The position numbers and the translations under genes are program-made. DNA of 63,740 nucleotides, filler included, from Octopus bimaculoides (taxonomy: Eukaryota), in assembly GCF_001194135.2 (NCBI RefSeq). It is 4 parts of 4 records of this genome, joined end to end, with 100 filler letters (N's around TTAATTAATTAA, not from the genome) between each part and the next. Parts side by side here need not be neighbours in the genome. Positions count along the whole stretch, not along the records: positions 1 to 17,574 come from NC_068993.1; positions 17,675 to 37,562 come from NC_068981.1; 2 more parts are not named here. One strand, given 5' to 3'. The notes below the pieces were generated by a model. It worked only from the letters and a program-made list of their open reading frames with translations. It did no database searches and was not told the DNA's origin. Shown in pieces: positions 10,457-23,397 of the stretch (position 1 is the first letter of the stretch; every line of letters begins with the position of its first letter).

Positions 10457-10842
10457 TGGAGATTTTAGGTATAATTATACTAATGTGTCCATCTGTTTTA
10501 ATTTAATTAAATTCTATGTCTTTGTGCAGCTGAAGATTGCTCTGCATTTAAATTGATGTAATAATTGTATTGTTAAATTCAATGCAGCTGCATGAAATGA
10601 TCGTACTTCATTACCTCTGGATATCCTTGTTGCTTATTTTGATTTTAATCACCTTACTTTGAAATTATATGGATAATACCGTACTAAATTCTGGTGCCTC
10701 AACTTAAGTACCATATTCATCTGAATCTAAATTTTATATATATATATGCATACAGACACACATACATACGTACATATGCACACATACATACACATACATA
10801 TACGCACACACCTATACAAATATACAAATATATGCATATAGA

Positions 10843-11243
10843 CACAGGTGTGGCTGTGTGGTAAGAAGCTCTCTTCCAAACCACATGGTTCCGGGTTCAA
10901 TCCTACTTCGTGCCACTTTAGGTAAGTGTTTTCTACTATAGACTCGGGCCATCCAAAGCCTTGTGAGTGGATTTGGTAGACGGAAACTGAAAGAAGCCCA
11001 CCGTATATATGTATGTATATATATGTGTGTGTGTGCGTGTGTGGTTGTGTTTGTTCCCCCACTATCGCTTGACAACCGATGTTGGTGTGTTTACATCCTC
11101 ATAACTTAGCGGTCGGCAAAGAAACCGATAGAATCAGTACGAAGCTTACAAAGAATAAGTTCTTGGGTCGATTTGCTCGACTAAAGGCGGTGCTCCAGCA
11201 TGTCCGCAGTCAAATGACTGAAACAAATAAAAGAATAAAAGAA
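10843..11243 (+). mobile_element. tRNA-derived composite SINE with a CORE-like segment and an internal microsatellite
   Basis: A-box and B-box-like head (TGGTAAGAAG..GGTTCAATCC), then GACGGAAACTGAAAGAAG, a (TA)/(TG) tract, and a conserved tail ending GACTGAAACAAATAAAAG. The family recurs throughout the window. Confidence 0.85.
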
Positions 11244-11494
11244 TACATACACACATATACATACATATATACATATCTCAATACACACACATACACATAT
11301 GCATACACACATACGTACACACATAAGAGGGTGTACGTCCATGCAAACATATATTCCTATATATATTTTTATATACACACTCATACATACGTGCACACAC
11401 ACATACATATGTGCACACACGCATACATACGTGCACACACGCATACATACGTGCACACACGCATACATATATATATATATATATATATACACCT

Positions 11495-11529
<35 letters not shown>

Positions 11530-11740
11530 AACAAAGAGAGAGAGAGAGAGAGAGTGTGTGTGTGTGTGTGTGTGTGATAAGGAGTGAGAAAGAAAGAGAA
11601 AAAAGAGGTAAAACATCTGCATATAACATTTTGGGTGTATAAAATAGTACATAAAAGAGTACACACTCATATTATTCAAGCAGTGTTTCGTTGGTGTCTT
11701 TCTGTGGATTGTTGGGATGTTAGTTCCGGTGGTTTTGGTA

Positions 11741-12200
11741 TCATTTTTTGTTCAATTTTGGTTGGTATTTCTAATAAAGTATTCTTCTTCGGCCTTACGA
11801 AAATGTTCATTTTTCTGTCCATAGTTTGAAGAAAGGGAATATTTTGAATTTTCATTTCCCACATTTTTCGAAGTGTTCACTGCTTATGTACCCTTACTCT
11901 CTCATATAGTCCAATGCCCGTTTCACCAATGTAGTATTCTTTGCATTCGGGGCATGCGACACAGTAAATTAGGTTTCTAGATTTGCAATTTACATTTGCA
12001 TTTATTTAAAAAATTTTGCTGTCCTTAAAAGTAATTTGTCCTCCTTCTTCAATGTTATCACAGATCCCACAACGCGGGTCACCACATTTTGAACTCTCTT
12101 TGTTGCTTCTCTAGTTGTAAATCTTGAGTAAGAGCTTTTTTAGGTTGGGTGCTTGATGCCTGCTATAAATTATTTTTGAATATTTTTGTTAACTTGTTCA
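11741..12200 (-). pseudogene. Second PLE family: GIY-YIG endonuclease with a Cys-rich linker (Neptune-like)
   Basis: Minus strand, with frameshifts: RHQAPNLKKLL..KCGGPRCGICDNI..NCKSRNLIYCVACPECKEYYIGETGIGLYERVRVHKQ..HFEKCG..FRKAEEEYFIR..PKLN. Confidence 0.85.
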
Positions 12201-12770
12201 TTTAAAACATACATTTTTCAGTTTGAAAACTGCTATTTGAAGCTTGAAACTCATACTCAAGTCACTCGCTGTAAACATTATTATTAAAATAAGAATTATC
12301 CCCCCAAAAGCCATCTCCACCTATTTTTTCAAATATATATAAGATGGTAAGAATTTGGAGATTAAAGGAAGACTTATTAAGGAGTAGGTAATTCGCAATA
12401 TTTGGCCACTTTTTGGAAAGAACTAGATAAATTTTAAACAACCATGACTGCAGAATTGTTGCATACAAAATTTACTGATTGAAACACAATGCTTTTGAAA
12501 CACAAGATAAACAGAGGCTTCGAGGGCCACTGGGGAAGCTACAGCTCACCCGACCCATTTAGCTGTTAACCTTGCTCCTTCTGCGCTCGAGGTATTTGCT
12601 ATGAAAACTTAGAGTAGTCTTATACAGCAAGTATAGCTCAAAACGCACTTTTTAAATGGAAATTCTAGCGGTCGTCCTGTACAGAGTCGTATAATACACC
12701 GGCATATACGATATACACATACACAAACACACGTGTGTGTGCATTATATATGTCTCTATGTATCGTTTAT

Positions 12771-13148
12771 CGTTTACTTGTTTCAGTCATTAGATGCGAC
12801 CATCCTGGGGCACCGCCTTGAAGGGTTTAGTCGAAAAAATCCGCTTCAGTACTTATTTTTTTCCTAAGCCTGGTACTTATTCTATTGGCTTCCTTCTTCC
12901 AAGCCGCTGTGTTATGGAGGATAGAAACGAACCAACACCAGTTGTCAAGCGGTAATGGGGAACAAACACAAAAGACAGACAGATAAATATATAAATATCA
13001 GTTTTCGTCTACCCAATCCACTCATGTGGTTTGGTTGTCGGGTTGGGCTGTAGCACAAGACGCTTTTCCCACGTGCCAAACGGTAAGACTGAACATAGAT
13101 CCATGTGGTTGGGAAGGAAACTTCTCACCGAACGGCCATATCTGCACC
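12771..13148 (-). mobile_element. Composite SINE, diverged copy
   Basis: Reverse complement of the 10843-11243 family. Confidence 0.8.
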
Positions 13149-13517
13149 TCTCTCTCTCTCTCTCTCTCTCNNNNNNNNNNNNNNNNNNNNNNNNNNNNNN
13201 NNNNNNNNNNNNNNNNNNNNNNNNNNNNNNNNNNNNNNNNNNNNNNNNNNNNNNNNNNNNNNNNNNNNNNNNNNNNNNNNNNNNNNNNNNNNNNNNNNNN
13301 NNNNNNNNNNNNNNNNNNNNNNNNNNNNNNNNNNNNNNNNNNNNNNNNNNNNNNNNNNNNNNNNNNNNNNNNNNNNNNNNNNNNNNNNNNNNNNNNNNNN
13401 NNNNNNNNNNNNNNNNNNNNNNNNNNNNNNNNNNNNNNNNNNNNNNNNNNNNNNNNNNNNNNNNNNNNNNNNNNNNNNNNNNNNNNNNNNNNNNNNNNNN
13501 NNNNNNNNNNNNNNNNN

Positions 13518-13580
<63 letters not shown>

Positions 13581-13987
13581 TCTCTCTCTCTCCGCATACA
13601 ACGTCTGCGCTTGTGCGCACGCGTATGCATTTTCCTCCTGCTATTTTTATGAACTAATTTGATGTATGTGTGTAGTAAAACAAACCATATTTCCTTCTGG
13701 CCGTTAGACGTCAGTGTTTTGTGATCTCAATTAGTAAATAATGTGTTTGTTAACTTCTGACTAGATGTTTCCGACAGCTCTTGGAAATTCAGAGTGAAAT
13801 GAAAAATTGCCATATGCCATCTGTCTCCCATGTTCTTCAGTAACAGTAACATCCTCATCATTGACAACAACCGACAAGAACAGTTCGTTCATTTACTGTT
13901 CATTGAAGAAAATAAATTGGCTTTTTTATGAAACTGTTTTCATTTAGTGAAAAATAAATCACACATACATCAATTTCACTAAACAGT

Positions 13988-14038
<51 letters not shown>

Positions 14039-14136
14039 TGTGTGGAAAGCTTAACCAGTTGTCTGCTTAGACACCATCAGCTGACATCTTGGGTAACTTT
14101 AGTGGATTTCGCACTGTTGCAAACATTCGGAAAATA

Positions 14137-14193
<57 letters not shown>

Positions 14194-14504
14194 AATTATA
14201 AAGCAATAACCATAAGAAAATTCCTTCTTTCTGATGGAAAACTAGAAAGAATAAATAGCCATGTTAGTGGTAATAACAGCAAGAACAAAAATAACGGCAA
14301 TAAGAACAAGAATAACAACAGCAACAGAAATCGTTAAAACTGCATTAAAAAAGGACAGTCATTCGGCTGCATGTTACTGGAACAACCACAGCATCATCAT
14401 TAATGACAGCACCATCTCACCGCCACCACTCATTAAAACAATAGCAACGGTAGCATCAACAACAGCCGCAGCAGCAACAACCGCAGCAGCAACAGTAGTA
14501 ATCC

Positions 14505-14705
14505 ATCGAGTGCGCCTCTAGTTGGTTATTCAACTTACCAGAAATAGCAGCTAAATGTCGCCAAGTCTCAAAAAAGGAAAGAATATTCTTGTAGATAATG
14601 CTATTTTAGTAACGTTTAATAAACGAGGTGGTCATGAATGGAATATAATTGCTCATGCATCTGCACAATCAGGATTAACCTGGGGCTAAGCAACAACAAT
14701 AACAA
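14505..14705 (+). mobile_element. SINE-like 3' fragment ending in (AAC)n
   Basis: AGAAATAGCAGCTAAAT..AAAAAAGGAAAG..GGTGGTCATG..CTGGGGCTAAGCAACAACAA. The family assignment is recalled, not verified. Confidence 0.45.
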
Positions 14706-16533
14706 GAAAAACGTTAACAATGACATCAAATTTTCTCTGATTTTTCAGTTTTTTACGTGAACAAGTTCTTAGAATTAGAATTTTGGCAGTGGAAAAATAA
14801 AGAGAAATATATGTAAAAATGTAAAATTGAGAGGTAAAAATAAAAGAGAAAAACTACGTGAAATATTTTGATGTCTCAAAGGAAATAATTTCAAGTTGAT
14901 ATTTTTTAATTTTATTTTTGAAAGGGAGATATATATATTTCTTTATCATTGGTCGATGATGATCACAACTTTGATTACATAGCACTTGAACGGGATTGTA
15001 GATGTGTGATGGACTAAAGAATGGTGACTGTTCCCACTTATACACCACCTTCTGTCTGCAAATGGAAGCGAGTTGCAAGTTCCAACCGTTATAGCAAAAG
15101 ATCCGACTTCTATTTTGTGATTCCAAGAAAAATACGTCAGTTTCGTCTAAAGTCATAACTTGCGAACGACCTAGGTTTAAGTGGGAGAACTTGACTATCA
15201 TCATCCACTCTTTATCATCTCGAATTATCTGAATCCAGCAGCAGGACATAATAAAAACGGAAGTTGCTAGAGGTTTAGCAGAATTTGATAAGAAATAGTT
15301 TGCGAGACGGGGCAACACTCCCTTATTTATATAAGAGTTGTTGTCTTACCCTTCTATCCATAACCCTCACAAGTTAGTAAGACCATTTTACCCTTAATTG
15401 GAGATCTAGCAATGGCAGTCGTGTGGGGTCTGTATTCTATACGGATATCCTGACTAGAACTAAGGCTCTATCACTTCCATTTGTCTTACTGCACGTTCGG
15501 CCACCTAAATGATTGCTTGTGTGTCCCCGCTCAGGAATATTTGATAGTCCTGGATAGGTGTGCGCATGTGTATGTACAGTTAATTTTAACAAGCTCCTCC
15601 ATATGTTCTAACATTCAGTGACATTCAGTGCTGGATTTTGTGTTGGAAAAAAGTTTTTATCTCTATAAGACGTTGTGTGTGAAAACAATGCGGTAAACCA
15701 GCTGAGTGGCATCAGAAATGACGTAACCTTATTTTTAACAAAAAGGAGCCCCATGGAAAATCTAAAATCTGAACTTTAACCAATATCAGCAATGAACTAA
15801 ATTGCTTATTTATATTTTTTAATTTTTGAAGACATCAAAATCCGTACAAATCTAAGTAAACAGTAAGAACTACAGAGGCTGACAGATTTTTTGGCTGCTA
15901 GTATATTTATAACTAAACTAAGTCTGAATGATAAAACTAAACGTACATAAAACAGGAGACGTAGATAAAACAGTAGATGATTTTTGAAAGACTATTTTAA
16001 AAACGAAGCCAAAATTCTCTTTACGATTGAATTAGGAATTAAATTTAAAAATAGTTAATACAAGTTACTCTAATATTTGCTTATTAATACAAAACAAAGC
16101 CATCAAGTTTTCCTTTTTAATAATAATATTCATGTTATGAAAATAGAATAATCTCTAAAACAGACAAAATATTGTGAAGAAAGTTAAATTCCTTTGCTAT
16201 ATGAAATTCTTAGCTTTGTTGAAAATCGATTAACAGTTAATAACCGGTCATGAAAATTCCAAATGATTATTACCCAGTTATATATTTCAGGTTAATTTTG
16301 AGCCTTCGTCATCAATCGATTATTTTTGTCTGTGACCAGCGTATGTTGGCTGTGTGTTTATTTAAGTCGTATACTATGCTATGAGTATTGTTTCCGTCAC
16401 TAAGGATCCTACTTTCTGGGGAATTCTCTAGAGTGTAGATGTATTGTCTTTTTATGTTTTCCTATCTAGTAGTGCAATGCATTATACATGTTGCAAGTGC
16501 ATAGTGATCACCTACTAAAAATACACGAACCAC

Positions 16534-16880
16534 ACATAAAATGTATTATATGCATGATATATTACATAAAATATGAATAATAAATTTCATAAAATGTATT
16601 GTATGCATAATATATTACCTAAAATGTATCGTATGCATTATATATTACATAAAATGTGTTTTATGCATAATATATTACGTAAAATGTGTTATATGCATAA
16701 TATAATACATAAAATGTATCATATGCATAATATATTACGTGAAATGTATTATATGCATAATATATTGCATAAAACGCATTATATGCATAATAAATTACAT
16801 AAATTATATTATATGCATAATATAATGCATAAAATGTATTATATGCATAATATATCACATAAAATGAATTATATGAACCA
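16534..16880. repeat. 30-bp minisatellite, about 11 diverged units
   Basis: Unit approximately CATAAAATGTATTATATGCATAATATATTA. Confidence 0.9.
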
Positions 16881-17674
16881 AATGAATGTTGAATGGCAAA
16901 GTATATAAAAAATCTCGCGAGGCAACTCCGAATTCGCTACACCAAACGATTAATATAAACGATGCAAAAAAAACCCACTTATACAAAGACATTAGAATTA
17001 AAAACCACAAATTAGGAGCATATAAACTCACAAAAAAAGCTAATGATGATTAATGACTAATGTCATTTATTAATGCGAATGAAAACGAGAACATTTTAAA
17101 CTTCATGGCACTGTTGTATGGGCCATACAAAATACATTAATTTCTGTTGGATCACCGTGCGCTTTCGACACGGAACGATTCTTATGCACTAAAGCACAAT
17201 GCACTAAACAGAACTATACTAGTGGTCAACGGAATCCACCCCCAAACACATGATTAATGATGAATGCAACATATAATTAGCATCAAGATCAGTCACATAG
17301 GCGATGACTTTTATATAGCAGGAACAACTTACACCAAGATCGCTTCATTCAGAAGATGAAACTATGAAACGGTAATTTAGAAACCATTTTTTGCTTTAAA
17401 CAAAATGCAAGGAACTCGTTTGAAAATACGAAATGTAAAGCTGATAAGCAGATAAAAACTAGACTATAATCACGTTTCTAGTTCAACTCACACATACTCA
17501 TACACATTCGTACATTATTTATATATATACGCATATACAAACACCCACATATATATGTATATATATATATATATNNNNNNNNNNNNNNNNNNNNNNNNNN
17601 NNNNNNNNNNNNNNNNNNTTAATTAATTAANNNNNNNNNNNNNNNNNNNNNNNNNNNNNNNNNNNNNNNNNNNN

Positions 17675-17705
<31 letters not shown>

Positions 17706-17725
17706 GTATATATACATATATATAT

Positions 17726-18023
17726 GTATAAATCAAAGTGTACAATACTGTATATCCATTACGGCCGATCTTACCAATCGGTTTCGCACGAGTGGTTCGA
17801 CAGACTGTTAGGTAACAGTTGGATTATGTAACCCTGCGCTCTTCAGAAGTAGCCGATGTGGAATGAAGTATGGCGACTGCTCTCTATTACTTCATTCCAT
17901 AACAGCTACATCTGAAGAGCGAAGAGCTACATAATCTAACTGTTACCTAACACTCCGTCGAACTTCCGGTAAGTAAGATCGGATGTAATGGATATATAAT
18001 ACTGTATACTTCAATTAATATAC
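17726..18023. mobile_element. Palindromic MITE-like element
   Basis: Nested inverted blocks: TATATCCATT/AATGGATATA, CCGATCTTAC/GTAAGATCGG, TGTTAGGTAACAGTT/AACTGTTACCTAACA, GCTCTTCAGA/TCTGAAGAGC and TGGAATGAAGTA/TACTTCATTCCA. Confidence 0.65.
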
Positions 18024-18883
18024 CTACGTTACTAATAGATATACGAGTGCATTTTTTCCAGACTTATGCACTCTTAGACGACTTACACATACACACACAC
18101 ATGCATACACACACACACACATACACACACGTACATGCGCGCGTGTGTGTATGTGTGTGTGTGTGTGTGTGTGTGTTTGTGTGTGCGTGAGTGTGTGTGT
18201 GTGTGTGTATTTGTGTGTGTGTGTGTTTGTGTACGTACATGCTTGTGCGAAGAAAGATCATGATACCTTGTGACATGTCAACAGAAAGGAATCAAAACTA
18301 CATTTTAAGTGGCTGCAATCATTTTATCACTATGTAGTTGTTTCAACAGAAGGTCTCTGATTAAATCATATGCTGAACAAGAACCACTCATGAATAAAAA
18401 TTATAAATAAGTTATTAAAACAATTAGTTTTTTTTTATGTATTTGCTTGTGCATATGTTTGCTTGCAGCTCTTGGGCTGAAACAAGTAAAAGAGTAAGGA
18501 GTATTAAAGTGAGTATTTCTTTAATTGCTACATCTGCACCAGCTGATGACAATTTTTATTTTCGGATTTCCACTGAAAGATATACGTACTGTTGAAAACG
18601 AGAGAGCATGCGTGGTTTTGAGTCATCTGAAGCTGATTGATATCCAATCAATTGTCAGAAGCACACAGAATCTTTGTTGCAGAAAAACCAGAAATAAATT
18701 CTCGTGTAGAAATAATTAATCTATATATCCTGTGGATATATGAATTAATTATTTCTAAACTAGAATATATTCCTGAGTGCTAGCTATGTAAATGTTTGAA
18801 CAGCGGAAGTGGGAGCTCATAAGGGTATGCAGGGGTGTACGTATATGGTTAATGATTAGCTTGAACATGCATTCATCTTTCAG

Positions 18884-18956
<73 letters not shown>

Positions 18957-19995
18957 ACACATATATATGTATATATATAGATACATTATACAAGTAGATA
19001 AATACGTTATATGTATGTATGCATGAAAGTATGTATATATANNNNNNNNNNNNNNNNNNNNNNNNNNNNNNNNNNNNNNNNNNNNNNNNNNNNNNNNNNN
19101 NNNNNNNNNNNNNNNNNNNNNNNNNNNNNNNNNNNNNNNNNNNNNNNNNNNNNNNNNNNNNNNNNNNNNNNNNNNNNNNNNNNNNNNNNNNNNNNNNNNN
19201 NNNNNNNNNNNNNNNNNNNNNNNNNNNNNNNNNNNNNNNNNNNNNNNNNNNNNNNNNNNNNNNNNNNNNNNNNNNNNNNNNNNNNNNNNNNNNNNNNNNN
19301 NNNNNNNNNNNNNNNNNNNNNNNNNNNNNNNNNNNNNNNNNNNNNNNNNNNNNNNNNNNNNNNNNNNNNNNNNNNNNNNNNNNNNNNNNNNNNNNNNNNN
19401 NNNNNNNNNNNNNNNNNNNNNNNNNNNNNNNNNNNNNNNNNNNNNNNNNNNNNNNNNNNNNNNNNNNNNNNNNNNNNNNNNNNNNNNNNNNNNNNNNNNN
19501 NNNNNNNNNNNNNNNNNNNNNNNNNNNNNNNNNNNNNNNNNNNNNNNNNNNNNNNNNNNNNNNNNNNNNNNNNNNNNNNNNNNNNNNNNNNNNNNNNNNN
19601 NNNNNNNNNNNNNNNNNNNNNNNNNNNNNNNNNNNNNNNNNNNNNNNNNNNNNNNNNNNNNNNNNNNNNNNNNNNNNNNNNNNNNNNNNNNNNNNNNNNN
19701 NNNNNNNNNNNNNNNNNNNNNNNNNNNNNNNNNNNNNNNNNNNNNNNNNNNNNNNNNNNNNNNNNNNNNNNNNNNNNNNNNNNNNNNNNNNNNNNNNNNN
19801 NNNNNNNNNNNNNNNNNNNNNNNNNNNNNNNNNNNNNNNNNNNNNNNNNNNNNNNNNNNNNNNNNNNNNNNNNNNNNNNNNNNNNNNNNNNNNNNNNNNN
19901 NNNNNNNNNNNNNNNNNNNNNNNNNNNNNNNNNNNNNNNNNNNNNNNNNNNNNNNNNNNNNNNNNNNNNNNNNNNNNNNNNNNNNNNNNNNNNNN

Positions 19996-20390
19996 TATTT
20001 CTCTTTCACCTTCAGTATCATAATCGTGATCATAGAAATGATCATAACCGCAATGATGACAATTATGGTCCTCCTCCTCGTTGTCCTTGTCCTCCTCCTC
20101 GTTGTCCTTGTCCTCCTCCTCGTTGTCCTTGTCCTCCTCCTCCTCCTCCACCTCCCCTTTCTCATCCTACTCCTTGTCCTCCTTGTCATCGTCATCGTTC
20201 TCCTCCTCGTCCTTCTCCTCGTCCTCCTCCTCGTATTCCCCCCCCCTCGTCTCCCTCGTTTTCTTCGCCCTTCTCTACGTCTCCCCATCTTCCTCGCCCT
20301 CGCCCTCATCCTCCTCATGCTCCTCCTCCACCACGTCCTCTCCTCCGCGTCATTGTCCTCATTTTCCTCCTTTCTCTTCTTTTTGACTTT
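19996..20390. repeat. Low-complexity (CCT)/(TCG)/(CAT) trinucleotide tract
   Basis: Directly visible. It explains the poly-P, poly-L, poly-S and poly-R ORFs here. Confidence 0.9.
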
Positions 20391-20830
20391 TGAAACGATC
20401 GTGTCACTGTCAGAACACTGTGACCATGCAATTTTATCAAACTGCATCATGGAAAAGAAACTATTTCTTTCCTTTGTTTGTTTCAGATTTACTCAAAAAG
20501 CAGAATATCTGAAAAGTCATCAAAGCAGCTGAGATAAAAGACGTATTCGACCTTGGACATTTTTAGCTGCCTATATTTTTCTGGTTAATATCTTTTTTTC
20601 CTTTTTGCGAAGTTATTTGTGTTAGCTCCCTTGTTGCCGGAAGCTCGTTTACGACAGAGATTGTGACAATAGCTTTTATAACATAAACAAGTAACAACCC
20701 CACTCATCTGTATTTTCAAATACGAAAATAAAGTCTTAAAAATGCAATATGAGATATTAAATATTGAAAAATTTCAAGTTATAGAATATAAGCATATACA
20801 AAAAAGAAAAGAATAATGTTGAAAATATTT

Positions 20831-20973
20831 GTGTGGTAAGAAGCTCGTTTCCTTACCAGATGGTTTCGGATTCAATACCACTACGTGGCGCCTTGAGCAA
20901 GTGTAAGCCTACGCTGACCAAAGCCTTGTGGTGGACGGAAACTGAAAGAAGTCCGTCGTATATATATATATAT
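20831..20973 (+). mobile_element. Composite SINE head
   Basis: TGTGGTAAGAAGCT..GGTTTCGGATTCAATACC..GACGGAAACTGAAAGAAG, then (TA)n. Confidence 0.75.
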
Positions 20974-21852
20974 NNNNNNNNNNNNNNNNNNNNNNNNNNN
21001 NNNNNNNNNNNNNNNNNNNNNNNNNNNNNNNNNNNNNNNNNNNNNNNNNNNNNNNNNNNNNNNNNNNNNNNNNNNNNNNNNNNNNNNNNNNNNNNNNNNN
21101 NNNNNNNNNNNNNNNNNNNNNNNNNNNNNNNNNNNNNNNNNNNNNNNNNNNNNNNNNNNNNNNNNNNNNNNNNNNNNNNNNNNNNNNNNNNNNNNNNNNN
21201 NNNNNNNNNNNNNNNNNNNNNNNNNNNNNNNNNNNNNNNNNNNNNNNNNNNNNNNNNNNNNNNNNNNNNNNNNNNNNNNNNNNNNNNNNNNNNNNNNNNN
21301 NNNNNNNNNNNNNNNNNNNNNNNNNNNNNNNNNNNNNNNNNNNNNNNNNNNNNNNNNNNNNNNNNNNNNNNNNNNNNNNNNNNNNNNNNNNNNNNNNNNN
21401 NNNNNNNNNNNNNNNNNNNNNNNNNNNNNNNNNNNNNNNNNNNNNNNNNNNNNNNNNNNNNNNNNNNNNNNNNNNNNNNNNNNNNNNNNNNNNNNNNNNN
21501 NNNNNNNNNNNNNNNNNNNNNNNNNNNNNNNNNNNNNNNNNNNNNNNNNNNNNNNNNNNNNNNNNNNNNNNNNNNNNNNNNNNNNNNNNNNNNNNNNNAA
21601 AAAAAAAAAAAAAAAAAAATCTCAGGATAGATTTTACGGGTACGACTAACTAGCAAAAGACCTTAGAATGGACTTCGAGCAGGTGTTTGGATAATATTCA
21701 TAGTAACAGTTGGTCTGTCTTAGGAATCTAGCAGGATCATTTGCTAAAGTTGCTTGTGATACGGCCCTTTGGGAGTGGGGATACGCATGGGTATCAATTT
21801 GCTATATTTTCTTTCTTGTGTTTTAGATAATATAGATTTTATCTTCTTTTAC

Positions 21853-22055
21853 GTTTTTTAGTCATTAGACTGCGGCCATGCAGAAGCATCGTCCTGAGGA
21901 ATTTTAGTCGAACTAATCGACCCAGTACTTATTTTGAAGTCTGCTTCTTATTTTATCGGTCTCTTTTGCCAAACTACTAACGCAGGGCAGCGTAAACACA
22001 CGACCACCGGTTGTCAATCGGTGGTGGGGTACAAACATAATCACAAAGACACACA
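21853..22055 (-). mobile_element. Composite SINE tail
   Basis: AGTCATTAGACTGCGGCCATGC..GTTGTCAATCGGTGGTGGGG. Confidence 0.75.
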
Positions 22056-22080
22056 CGCATATATACATACAAAAATATAT

Positions 22081-22244
22081 AGGCGTAGGCGTGGCTGTGT
22101 TGGAAGAAGCTCACTTCCGAACCACATGGTTCCAAGTTCAGTCCCATTGCGTGGCACCTTGAGTAAGTGTCTTCTACTATAGCCTCGGGCCGACCGAAAC
22201 CTTGTGAGTATATTTGGTAGACGGAAACTGAAAGAAGGTTGTCG

Positions 22245-22275
<31 letters not shown>

Positions 22276-22460
22276 GCGTCTGTGTTTGTCTCTTCCACCA
22301 TCGCTTGACACTCGACGGTGGTGTGTTTACGTCCCCGTAATCTAGCGGTTCGGGAAAAGAAACCGATGGAGTAAGTACGGGGGTTACAAAGGATAAGTCC
22401 TGGGTCGATTTCTTCTACTAAAGGCGGTGCCATGGCGTAGTCAACTGACTGAGACAAATA
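22081..22460 (+). mobile_element. Composite SINE, near full length
   Basis: GGCGTAGGCGTGGCTGTG..GGCACCTTGAGTAAGTG..(TA)n..GACTGAGACAAAT. An inverted head fragment follows at 22495-22586. Confidence 0.85.
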
Positions 22461-23279
22461 ATATATATATTTATATATATATTTCTAGCATATCGGAGGT
22501 TCACTTCTTTCAGTTTCCGTCTACTAAATCCACTCACGAGGTTTTGGTCAGCCTGAGGCTATAGTAGATGACGCTTGCCCAAGGTATCATCCTGTTTATA
22601 ACACGGAGGAAATTGGAGCTCCACCCAAGATCTTTAAGGAACTGGTAGAATGTACGGAATTATTGCAAGCTTTTCAAAGAGGCGTGTCAAGAACTCCACC
22701 ACTCACCAACGCAGTTATCACCAGAAAGAAAACAAAGCATCAAAATGCTCTTGGAATTTTGTAAATAATTTTGGAACATATTCTTAGTTTTGATTTTGTT
22801 CTTGTGCTTTTTACCTTGTACTTCTTCTTACCGTTGCTGTGACTTTTGTTGTTATTGTTGTCGTTGTTGTTGTTGATGTTGGTGTTATTGTTGTTATTAT
22901 CTTTGCTTATCCTCTTCTTCTTCTTCTTCTTCTTCTTCTTCTTCTTCTTCTTCTTCTTCTTCTTCTTCTTCTTCTTCTTCTTCTTCTTCTTCTTCTTCTT
23001 CTTCGTTTTCTCTTTCCAAACGGCTTGGTATGTTTCTTAATATTCTTCTTTCCTTATATTACATGGAATGCAATGAACGCGCGTTAAGTCTCGATATTTT
23101 GATAGATACAGTCTGGTTTATTTATTGCGAGTTCCTCTACCAAATAGCAAAAATGACTTTTACCTGGTGCTCTAGTCTAAACACACATAAATGCTTTTTC
23201 CCCCACCCACCCTCTCTCTCTCACAGACATACACACACACACACACACACACACAACACATATTTGTACGTACGTACTT

Positions 23280-23397
23280 TTGTATGTATATGTGTGTATA
23301 CACCATGTATATGTGTGTATACACCATGTATATGTGTGTATACACTATGTATATGTGTGTATACACTATGTATATGTGTGTATACACTATGTATATA
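23280..23397. repeat. 20-bp tandem repeat TGTATATGTGTGTATACAC(C/T)A
   Basis: Five to six near-identical units. A different 20-bp array lies at ~11385-11465. Confidence 0.9.

Noticed and set aside
16534-16880. Possible CRISPR-like array (also the module at 963-1959)
   Set aside because: Units are contiguous tandem repeats without unique spacers, the context is eukaryotic, and there are no cas genes.
16573-16908. Repetitive His/Met/Tyr-rich ORF
   Set aside because: It is the translation of a 30-bp AT-rich minisatellite, with no splice or homology support.
17619-17630. TTAATTAATTAA island inside N gaps, repeated at 37607-37618 and 62466-62477
   Set aside because: Each is preceded by exactly 44 Ns and has stops in all six frames. 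This is a scaffolding spacer, not biology.
18945-20450. Long ORFs of 200-500 aa in the track (also 8195-8761, 13009-13662, 20833-21656, 24006-24782, 30630-31575, 58541-60012)
   Set aside because: They are open only because they cross N gaps or microsatellites.
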